Positions 8,051 through 15,550 of a stretch of DNA of 35,693 bases are shown piece after piece. The notes under the pieces are model-generated. The model was not told the origin of the DNA. It did not search any database and saw only the letters and a list, made by a program, of their open reading frames with translations. The stretch is taken from positions 1 to 35,693 of the IMG/VR virus record IMGVR_UViG_3300015610_000614; one strand, 5' to 3'. Position 1 is the stretch's first letter. Each line of letters starts with the position of its first letter. The stretch is from a virus (taxonomy: Duplodnaviria; Heunggongvirae; Uroviricota; Caudoviricetes). Position numbers and translations under genes: made by a program.

Positions 8051-8182
8051 TTAATCTTTATTCTTCTTACCGAAGGCCATCTTAGCCTTCACTTGCTTCA
8101 TGCGTTCAGCCGCATTAGCCTTTTGGTTACGAGTGTATTCTTCGGCCTTAGCCTTGTTAGATTCAATATCACGAAAGTACAT
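8051..8182 (-). CDS. small basic hypothetical protein
   Basis: 43 aa MYFRDIESNKAKAEEYTRNQK... translated by hand; RBS GAGG. Confidence 0.6.
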   Translation of the reverse strand: MYFRDIESNKAKAEEYTRNQKANAAERMKQVKAKMAFGKKNKD

Positions 8183-8206
8183 TATAACCTCTTTAGTAGA
8201 AAAATC

Positions 8207-8282
8207 TGGCTCCGAAGGTAGGGATCGAACCTACGACAAACGCATTAACAGTGCGCCGCACCTACCTCTGTGCTACTTCGGA
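8207..8282 (-). tRNA. tRNA-Asn(GTT)
   Basis: Loop CTGTTAA, TTCGATC, G discriminator, CCA. Confidence 0.92.
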
Positions 8283-8288
8283 ATTGTT

Positions 8289-8363
8289 TGGCGGTATGTA
8301 CGAGGATCGAACTCGTGTATCAGCCGTGACAGGGCTGTGTAATAACCATTATACGAACACACC
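8289..8363 (-). tRNA. tRNA-Asp(GTC)
   Basis: CAGCC-CTGTCAC-GGCTG arm, CCA. Confidence 0.92.
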
Positions 8364-8364
8364 G

Positions 8365-8439
8365 TGGTATCCCATTGGGGTTTTGATCCCCACTCAATAG
8401 TTTGAAGGACTATCGGCCACACCAGCTGCCTCATGGGAC
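8365..8439 (-). tRNA. tRNA-Glu(TTC), atypical
   Basis: ATAGT-CCTTCAA-ACTAT arm (C at position 33), T-loop ATCAAAA, CCA. Confidence 0.75.
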
Positions 8440-8613
8440 ATATTTATTCTTTTTGCTTAAATTATCTTTAGCACTAAGATATTGTAAATTTTCTAATACA
8501 TGTAAACCACTAACTAATTCACCGTTTAAAGGAATTATATGATCTACGTGCATTCCTTCTGGTCTATTTCTATAAAACTCATCTATTTTGTCTAAATCAG
8601 CCCAGCTAGGTAT
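8431..8613 (-). pseudogene. HNH endonuclease remnant
   Basis: [46 protein letters not shown]; nearby ATG out of frame; stop inside tRNA-Glu. Confidence 0.85.
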
Positions 8614-8775
8614 TGCATATTAATTCCTCATTTAAAGATATATTATATATCTCTTTAAGTCAGAAATCAAGATGAAAATTAGGCAGTCAGCTCGGGCTCT
8701 CTTTCTGTGACTATTAAGAACGCTATTCTTTCGTTGCGCTAGGCAAGTACTGGGAACCGCTGTTCACCTAATATT

Positions 8776-8852
8776 TGGTACTGGATTAGGGATTCGAACC
8801 CTATATCTTAGCCTTATCAAGACTCTGCTTATGCCGCTTAAGCTTCTCCAGT
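8776..8852 (-). tRNA. tRNA-Ile(GAT)
   Basis: Loop TTGATAA, TTCGAAT, CCA. Confidence 0.9.
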
Positions 8853-8857
8853 ATATA

Positions 8858-8934
8858 GGGCAGAGGAGGATGGATTCGAACCATCGAATGCCGGCTTCAA
8901 AAACCGGTGTCTTAGGCCTCTTGACGACTCCCCA
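8858..8934 (-). tRNA. tRNA-Gln(TTG), ends CCC rather than CCA
   Basis: CCGGT-TTTTGAA-GCCGG arm, T1 start, G discriminator. Confidence 0.88.
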
Positions 8935-8984
8935 ACAGAACAATTATTATATTCTATTGAATAAACAATTTCAAGTTTAAATTT

Positions 8985-9085
8985 TGGTACGGGGGGTGGG
9001 AATCGAACCCACATTAGCCGCCTTATCTGGACGGTTCTTACAGAGGTATAAGCTCTGCCCTGAGGCCATTATTAGAAACCCCCGC
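8985..9085 (-). tRNA. atypical 101-nt tRNA-Ile(TAT)-like RNA with a second anticodon-like arm
   Basis: Acceptor GCGGGGG/CCCCCGT-A-CCA; arm 1 loop CTTATAC; arm 2 CCGTC-CAGATAA-GGCGG; normal T-arm. Confidence 0.7.
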
Positions 9086-9092
9086 ACTGATA

Positions 9093-9287
9093 TTACTTCA
9101 CAACCTTACCACGAATTTCACCAACCTTATAAGCCTTCTTAAGCATCCTAGCAATTTCGATGCAATGCTTAAGATGCATAGTACTACGATAGTTACCAAA
9201 CTCGTAGTAAGAGTTCTCACGCAGCCACTTAGCAAGTGCCACATCGGACATATTAATGAAATTCAGCTTTTCAAAATCATCAAACAT
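9093..9287 (-). CDS. hypothetical protein
   Basis: 64 aa directly behind promoter 9308-9336. Confidence 0.6.
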   Translation of the reverse strand: MFDDFEKLNFINMSDVALAKWLRENSYYEFGNYRSTMHLKHCIEIARMLKKAYKVGEIRGKVVK

Positions 9288-9530
9288 TTTTCAGAAACAA
9301 GAGTTAAATTATACTCATATTTGCTTTCAAAATCAAGTTCAAAATTTTAACCATATAATAGCATACAGATATAAGTTTTTGTGGCTTTACCCACTGGCAC
9401 TCGGTGTAATAAATATGCAAACTTCAGTTTCTAAAACTGTCGGGATTCCAGCCCGCTTTCCCTTGATGGAATGGTCTTAGCGCAAATAATAGGACTTGTA
9501 AGCCGAAGTTTGCGTCTATATGCTATTATA

Positions 9531-9606
9531 TGGTTCCGGCACTAGGAATCGAACCCAGATAAGTGGAGTACAAAACCACTGTAATATGCCATTATACGAT
9601 ACCGGA
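9531..9606 (-). tRNA. tRNA-Thr(TGT)
   Basis: AGTGG/CCACT stem with TGT centred in loop; TTCGATT; CCA. Confidence 0.8.
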
Positions 9607-9607
9607 A

Positions 9608-9680
9608 TAGTCGAATCGGATAGGATTTTCACCTATACTTTTCAGTATTGTCTACCTGCCTCTAGTTGGGCTACCGATTC
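9608..9680 (-). ncRNA. tRNA-like RNA lacking an anticodon arm
   Basis: Acceptor GAATCGG/CCGATTC, D-arm GCC/GGC, hairpin ATACT-GAAA-AGTAT, T-like arm ATAGG-TGAAAAT-CCTAT; no anticodon stem, no CCA. Confidence 0.55.
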
Positions 9681-10011
9681 TAGTGTTGAGTCCTTCGACT
9701 AGGAAACGAGTTTTAGGTCTTGGTTCGTTTCACGTATACCTCAATAGCGTAGTAATTTTAGACAGCTAACCTATTTCGCTGTTTATGGCAGGTCTTTAGT
9801 CGAGCCTACTTGTCCGTATTCTTTCAACGGTGAGCTGATAGCTGTACCATACACCATAATTTATGTCTACTCAATATCAGCTATCCCACGCCGTCGGGGA
9901 ATTACTGAAGGCCCGTGGCCTTAGAAGTAGTTGCCGCTAATCGTTCCCCTAGCCCGGCAAGGCAGAGCGCTATTCCCTTAGGGGGACAAAGCGTCGAATA
10001 GACATAAATTA

Positions 10012-10088
10012 TGGTAGAGCCACTGGGATTCGAACCCAGGTCTTACACCTTAAAAGGGTGATGTTATGAACCGCTTAACTATAGCTCC
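10012..10088 (-). tRNA. tRNA-Lys(TTT)
   Basis: CACC-CTTTTAA-GGTG arm, TTCGAAT, CCA. Confidence 0.92.
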
Positions 10089-10350
10089 AATATACTAATT
10101 TAGATGCCCTAACCTTTTGTAATTAGGAACCGGATTTGATAATGCGGCCGCATTTCCGTGTGTTTACGTTTACACCAGCATCTAAATTAGGACATTTTGT
10201 CCTCATTTCGCTTTTGCTTGCGACGACTCAGTTTATGAGTCCCTGCTTTCCTAAAGAGCGAAGCAGCAACAAACTGATTGCGCTCTTTAGGAATTTTCTT
10301 TTTCTTCACATCAGACATATATTATATTCCTTTTCTATATCTGACGCAAG

Positions 10351-10575
10351 TCAGAAATTATTTTGCTTTACAATATGCTGATCATACCACTCCTGTTCGC
10401 TAGGGTACATAGGCATCATAGCTACTTCGCCTTCCGTAGGAAGTTTAGGTGGATTACTAGGCTTTACGGTGATTACTGATTTTTCAGCATCAGGAAAGTT
10501 CAGCTCAACTTCCGTGTCAGCACTAAACATAGCAAGAATCTTAATTGCTTGACTAACTTTCATTTCATTTCTCAC
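10351..10575 (-). CDS. hypothetical protein
   Basis: 74 aa behind promoter 10589-10617. Confidence 0.65.
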   Translation of the reverse strand: MRNEMKVSQAIKILAMFSADTEVELNFPDAEKSVITVKPSNPPKLPTEGEVAMMPMYPSEQEWYDQHIVKQNNF

Positions 10576-10755
10576 TAATTGAACAATTATTATAAATCAA
10601 ATTATCGCAATCAGCAAGTTCAATTTTTTGAAGCCTTTTGATTGCTGTCGTTTTCCACGACAGAAATAATATTATGCCAAAAGCAATCAAAAAGATCAAG
10701 ACAGAAATTTAAAGGCTGCGCCGTTTCCGAACACAGCCTTTAAGAAGAGAAATTT

Positions 10756-11175
10756 TTAGGGTTTGGCGCCGGCGACCGGAACCTCGTCTAAAATAATGCG
10801 TGCTACAGGCTCTTCAATAGTGTAGAACCTATTACACCTGTGTGACATTGTAATAACTACCGCGCTAGTAGTAGCACCTACAATTGACATGAGAAAGTTA
10901 TTTCCCTGGTTTAAACGATCGTAACGACTTAGGGTCAACGCATTACCATCGTCATAAGCATGAATACCTAAATATGTACAGTCTCGACGTACTGTATAAT
11001 GTCCCGAAAGTATTAGAGTATTAGTTACTCGATCTTTCATACTTTGCTCTATAACGAACTCTGCGACTACAGGGTTGGTCTTAGCTTCGTAATCTGGATA
11101 AAGAAATACGCACAGCGTACTAATAATTAATACGAGAGCTGTAATTACTAAATGTACTCTAATATGGATTTTCAT
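10756..11175 (-). CDS. membrane-anchored hypothetical protein
   Basis: N-terminal TM segment, two further Cys; coupled to upstream ORF by TAATG. Confidence 0.7.
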   Translation of the reverse strand: MKIHIRVHLVITALVLIISTLCVFLYPDYEAKTNPVVAEFVIEQSMKDRVTNTLILSGHYTVRRDCTYLGIHAYDDGNALTLSRYDRLNQGNNFLMSIVGATTSAVVITMSHRCNRFYTIEEPVARIILDEVPVAGAKP

Positions 11176-11405
11176 TATACTGGAATCTTGCTGCTAAGTA
11201 ATTTAAATATCCACAAGGCCATAGAAACTACAGAACTTCCTAGAACTATTAAGCCCCAGCGCAAAGCGCTGTCTCTATCTTTTTCTAGGGATATTAGTCT
11301 GTCTTCCATGTCATGTAATTTCTTCTGTGCCAGTGCAAATGCAACGGCATCTTCAGTACTTAACTGAGAAGGGTGAAAGTCCTTATCAGACATATGTGCT
11401 CCCAA
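11175..11405 (-). CDS. small coiled-coil plus TM protein (XhlA/holin-like topology)
   Basis: LHDMEDRLISLEKDRD then RWGLIVLGSSVVSMALWIFKLL. Confidence 0.6.
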   Translation of the reverse strand: MGAHMSDKDFHPSQLSTEDAVAFALAQKKLHDMEDRLISLEKDRDSALRWGLIVLGSSVVSMALWIFKLLSSKIPV

Positions 11406-11473
11406 CGATTAATTATAGTATTAAGTCACTAATCCATCCTTATTTTAATTAATTTATAGTTTTAAGACGAACA

Positions 11474-11502
11474 AAAGCCCGGTAAATACTACTATACCGG
11501 GC
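11474..11502 (-). terminator. intrinsic terminator
   Basis: GCCCGGT/ACCGGGC hairpin followed by TTTT on minus strand. Confidence 0.7.
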
Positions 11503-11514
11503 AACATAAAAATC

Positions 11515-11589
11515 TGGTGCTGATTGAAAGAATCGAACTTTCATCACTCCCATACCAAAGGAGTATAATAACCGCTATACTAAATCAGC
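11515..11589 (-). tRNA. tRNA-Thr(GGT)
   Basis: Acceptor GCTGATT/AATCAGC, loop TTGGTAT, CCA. Confidence 0.88.
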
Positions 11590-11950
11590 TATTTCTATGT
11601 TCAGTTTATGCTTAAGGCTTATTCACGTGAAAACCAGAAGACTTATTTGTTCTGAACATAGAGATAGCTGCTGCCCTACCTCACGGACTGACTACCGTCC
11701 TCCTGCTTCCGCGGAGAGTAATATAAGGAACAGCTAGAGCCGTACTGCTGTCGTCGTCTGCTTTCTAAGCACACTCTCCGTTCGTCTTTCGATAAACGAA
11801 GTCATGTAGAGACTTTCAGGGCCGCGGGCACCTGCGTATTCAATTAATGCGCCATCCACTAGACCATTTCAATTATCTTAGGTGTTTAGCCTACACAGGA
11901 GTATTGAAGCTCCCGTAGTCTTCGCAACCTTTCGGACTTGGCCAATGGCC
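11590..11950 (-). ncRNA. putative structured ncRNA (~360 nt)
   Basis: No ORF in track; several hairpins including 19-bp 11586-11604/11652-11670; contains GTAGTCAGTC. Confidence 0.4.
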
Positions 11951-11952
11951 AC

Positions 11953-12567
11953 TTATTTTATTTCGTATTTGTTATTCTTTTTTAGGTTATCTTCTTGAAA
12001 CAAATACTGTAAATTTTCTAATGTATGTAGACCGCTTACTAATTTACCTCTTAAAGGAAGTATGTGATCTACGTGCATTCCTTCTGGACAATTATTATAG
12101 AATTCTCTAATTTTATCTAAGTTAGCCCAAGAAGGTGTTCTTTCTTTTATGTTTAATTTTTGTTCTTTTGAATTAAAAGTGTGGCAAGTTTTACATTCAT
12201 GCCTTACTTCTTTTAGTCCCTTATTACTATTTAAACCAAAACGGCTAAACGGTAATATATTACCACACTGATGACATAGCTTATGATCTATCAATTCTAA
12301 TAATACATATCTCCAAGAGGATTTTCCTCCTGTTAAAAATCCGGGTGGATTATCAAGTAATGGAGCTATATGTTCTGCTAAAGCGTCCTTTACAGGTTTC
12401 TTGCTTTTATAACCTAGCTTATAAGAGGCGTCTTCGAGATTTAATGTATTTATTACACTATCTATCAATGAATAAATAGTTATTCCATTATATCCTCGTA
12501 TAGCTTTCTTTATTTGAAGATTTGGGTCTAAATGTAAAGTTTCTATTATTTCTTGTGTAAAGTTCAT
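11953..12567 (-). CDS. HNH homing endonuclease (intact)
   Basis: CxxC pairs (CHQC, CKTC) and HVDHILPLRGKLVSGLHTLENLQYL..DN..KNNKY. Confidence 0.9.
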   Translation of the reverse strand: MNFTQEIIETLHLDPNLQIKKAIRGYNGITIYSLIDSVINTLNLEDASYKLGYKSKKPVKDALAEHIAPLLDNPPGFLTGGKSSWRYVLLELIDHKLCHQCGNILPFSRFGLNSNKGLKEVRHECKTCHTFNSKEQKLNIKERTPSWANLDKIREFYNNCPEGMHVDHILPLRGKLVSGLHTLENLQYLFQEDNLKKNNKYEIK

Positions 12568-12637
12568 ATTTTCAATCCCCTATGTATATAAATATTATAA
12601 CATATGGGTACCGAAAAATCAATACCAAGATTTTTAA

Positions 12638-12712
12638 TGGTGGAGGCCGAGAAAATCGAATTCTTCTAGTCACGATCCGTGCAAGGGAACGCCGCAGCCC
12701 ACTGCTGCCCCC
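12638..12712 (-). tRNA. tRNA-Ala(TGC)
   Basis: G3:T70 pair, loop CTTGCAC, short D-arm, CCA. Confidence 0.85.
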
Positions 12713-12905
12713 AATAATTAAATACTCTAGTTTACTACCCGGAATAAAGTTTCATCGTCATCTACTCCGTATGCTATTCCCGCCGGGTCATGACTCCCTG
12801 ATTACCGTGAATAGCACTTAGACTTGACTACACGTACACGCGTTTCGGTGTAGTTCCCATCTAGCAATGTCTTTTGCGTTCAGACTAGCTAAAGTATTTA
12901 ATTAT

Positions 12906-12981
12906 TGGTCTCCGCTGCAAGGCTCGAACTTGCGACCACATGCTCCCAAAGCACGCATTCTTCCAACTGAACTAAACGGAG
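12906..12981 (-). tRNA. tRNA-Pro(TGG)
   Basis: Loop TTTGGGA, C1:G72, TTCGAGC, CCA. Confidence 0.92.
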
Positions 12982-13178
12982 ATTGTGCCGGTTACGCTTC
13001 CCCAGATAACGAGGCAATTCCGGCGTCCAGGTTGATATGGACCGCTGTCATACACGCCGCTTTATATTTCACAAGACGGGCTTTTGACTATACATATACT
13101 GATCGGATACTACGTAAGTATCACTATTATTTTTATTACTGGGAAATATAACCCGAAGCGCTGAGGCGGCTTTTTACC

Positions 13179-13436
13179 TTAATCGTACATATTACCTTGG
13201 GGTACATTAGGAATATCTAAGCTATCAATATAACTCAACTGATACTCAAACTTTGGTAGATAACCAAGCACAGGATCATAGGTAATATTATAATCTAAAT
13301 TACGCAGCTTTGCAAGTTCAGAATTAACGGCCCGCCTATTTGCACGTTCATCAGAACGCATAAAAAAGTGACCGGTCTTAGTATGCTTACCGCGTGAGCA
13401 GTGCTGACAGGAGCAAGACTTTGGACTGATTTTCAT
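13179..13436 (-). CDS. hypothetical protein with N-terminal Cys cluster
   Basis: SCSCQHCSRG; 4-bp overlap with upstream ORF. Confidence 0.7.
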   Translation of the reverse strand: MKISPKSCSCQHCSRGKHTKTGHFFMRSDERANRRAVNSELAKLRNLDYNITYDPVLGYLPKFEYQLSYIDSLDIPNVPQGNMYD

Positions 13437-13756
13437 GTATGTTCAATCACCTTAATAGGAGTATGACTAATTGCAATAGCACAAGCCTTACAAGGACAAG
13501 CCATACCGTAGGAACCATCTCGCTTAACACGAGTTACACGAATTTTATATGCTTTTTCTAGATCTTTACAGCGATTAATCGCATCAATCTCACAATGCAA
13601 ATAAGCATAGCCATATGCAGAATACCCTTTTCCGGCCATTTTGTTATACTTATCCTGCATAGGATGTGTTTTAATATAACTGTTTTTTCCGATAGAAAGA
13701 ATTCGTCCTTTCTTATCATAAATAATTGCAGTCATCTGTTGTTGTTGCTTAGCCAT
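13433..13756 (-). CDS. CMP/dCMP-type zinc-dependent deaminase-like protein
   Basis: LHCEIDAI (HxE) and ACPCKAC (PCxxC). Confidence 0.85.
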   Translation of the reverse strand: MAKQQQQMTAIIYDKKGRILSIGKNSYIKTHPMQDKYNKMAGKGYSAYGYAYLHCEIDAINRCKDLEKAYKIRVTRVKRDGSYGMACPCKACAIAISHTPIKVIEHT

Positions 13757-13813
13757 TTGCTTTTCTCACTGTCTAAGCAATTATTATATTCTTATTTTAA
13801 GAATTAATCAAGA

Positions 13814-14170
13814 TTAAATATTTACTTCTTCAATAGCGGATTGAATAAAATATACACGCCAAGACTCACATACGCGAGGAATACCAGTTTCGTACCCATA
13901 ACCAACTAGGTCATAGATTACGTCTGATACAATGTCATATTGATCATCAATGCACTCAGCATTGCGATCTTCAGCAGGAAGCATATTGTAAATAGCAATT
14001 ACGTGCTCTTCATTAATATCTTCCTGACGCATATTCTTACGCAGGTAATCACAAACTGCTGCACGCCAACGGCATTCATCTAGAGTAAGACCGTCGAAGC
14101 GCTTAGTATTGTAACAATCACCATCATTTTCCCAAGAGGTGATCTCAATAGCGTAACCAGCCTTAATCAT
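13814..14170 (-). CDS. hypothetical phage protein
   Basis: 118 aa behind promoter 14202-14230. Confidence 0.75.
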   Translation of the reverse strand: MIKAGYAIEITSWENDGDCYNTKRFDGLTLDECRWRAAVCDYLRKNMRQEDINEEHVIAIYNMLPAEDRNAECIDDQYDIVSDVIYDLVGYGYETGIPRVCESWRVYFIQSAIEEVNI

Positions 14171-14240
14171 TTAAATGCCTTTATCAATTAATTAAAGAAT
14201 TATTATAGCGTTATCTAAGTAATCAATCAAGATTGAAATT

Positions 14241-14323
14241 TGGTACGGCCGAAGGGATTCGAACCCTTATGCACTAGGCGGGAAATTTTAAGTTTCCTGT
14301 GTATTCCATTCCACCACGACCGC
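14241..14323 (-). tRNA. tRNA-Leu(TAA)
   Basis: GGAAA-CTTAAAA-TTTCC arm, variable arm, CCA. Confidence 0.92.
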
Positions 14324-14333
14324 GTTAAACTTT

Positions 14334-14417
14334 TGGTAGGCAAGGAGAGACTCGAACTCTCAATCCTTTCGGCGACGGCTTCTAAAACCGTAGTGTATTC
14401 CATTCCACCACTTGCCC
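14334..14417 (-). tRNA. tRNA-Leu(TAG)
   Basis: ACGGT-TTTAGAA-GCCGT arm, variable arm, CCA. Confidence 0.92.
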
Positions 14418-14426
14418 ATTAAATTC

Positions 14427-14498
14427 TGGAGCGGGCGACAGGCATCGAACCTGCATCTTTCGGCTTGGAAGGCCAAACGTATTCCTCTAACCGCACGC
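14427..14498 (-). tRNA. tRNA-Gly(TCC), reduced D-arm
   Basis: Loop CTTCCAA, U discriminator, CCA, only 72 nt. Confidence 0.8.
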
Positions 14499-14504
14499 AT
14501 TGTA

Positions 14505-14724
14505 AAAACATTGTCAGTGACACAGGACTCGAACCTGTACCTACTTTGGCCAAACTCCAGTAAATGACATTAATAATATACAACCTGTAGCTAATCAGTG
14601 TATATTAAACGGCCCTAGAAAGTCCTGCCGGGCCCCTAGCGTTATACCGTGTCGTACTGTGCATATCAGTGCAATGAGTATTAATTAGTGTTCTACCAGT
14701 TAAACTAGTCACCGACAATGTTTT
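14505..14724 (-). ncRNA. tRNA-like RNA with 17-bp extended acceptor stem and large domain replacing the anticodon arm
   Basis: 14708-14724 pairs with 14505-14521 (one G-U); D-arm GTTT-AACTGGTA-GAAC; T-arm ACAGG-TTCGAGT-CCTGT. Confidence 0.7.
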
Positions 14725-14820
14725 CATTTTACCATAATTTAAACAGCCTAACAGGCAGGCACAAGCTCAATAGTTCGCCTACGAAGTGGACTCTCACCAC
14801 ACACTTGGCTGTTTAAATTA

Positions 14821-14906
14821 TGGTGGAGCTACAAGGACTCGAACCTCACGCTGCCAGCCCTACTTATATAGCAACCGGGTTACAGCCGGCCGTAGGGAAA
14901 AGCTCC
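14821..14906 (-). tRNA. tRNA-Tyr(GTA)-like RNA lacking a D-arm
   Basis: Acceptor GGAGCT/AGCTCC-A-CCA, GCCGG-CTGTAAC-CCGGT arm, T-arm TTCGAGT; only ~9 nt where the D-arm should be. Confidence 0.65.
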
Positions 14907-15314
14907 AATTACCACTTCATCCTCAAGCGGTCAAGAGAACGCTAATTTCTTAGTCGCCAAGCATATATCGCGACATAATAAGTTTTTGGTATTCACTCTA
15001 CCAGAGGGACGGGTTTCGCAATCCACACGCCGCACTTTAGTAACCTTATAGGAAACGCTGCATCGGTCACGCTAGCGAGTTACCATCGTCTCGCGGCTAG
15101 ATTCCAAGTCTAGCGGGTGTCCTCATTTACGCATCGGAGTATTCGTCGTAAAATTAAAGTAGTTTACGAACACTGCTGATTCAAATATCAATCAGCAACT
15201 TAAGTATTATACGCTGTTTTTATAACACAATCAAGATGAAAATTTCAAATCTTCAAAGCCAGATCGCCTTAATCATCAACAGAACATATATTATATATCA
15301 AAGGATAACTAATT

Positions 15315-15512
15315 TCAAGATTGATTTTTGAAAGCCCTAATCGCAGCAGCATCAAGGCTAGCATATTCTCGAAACTTGTCGCGTCCGTTATCATCGTAGC
15401 ACTTAGACGCTAGTTCCTCTAGATGTACTAGCTGCTCAATTGTAAGCATATTGCAGGCTAGAAATCTACTCATGAAAGCATCAATAAGGAATTCTTTTGT
15501 ATAGCCTGCCAT
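15315..15512 (-). CDS. hypothetical phage protein
   Basis: 65 aa, RBS GAGA, typical phage composition. Confidence 0.7.
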   Translation of the reverse strand: MAGYTKEFLIDAFMSRFLACNMLTIEQLVHLEELASKCYDDNGRDKFREYASLDAAAIRAFKNQS

Positions 15513-15550
15513 ATATTCTCAATCAATTAAAACATTATTTTATAATGTTT

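Noticed and set aside
8100-14422. Plus-strand ORFs over tRNA genes (8100..8342, 9520..9702, 12582..12821, 12867..13151, 14240..14422)
   Set aside because: Antisense to tRNAs or promoters
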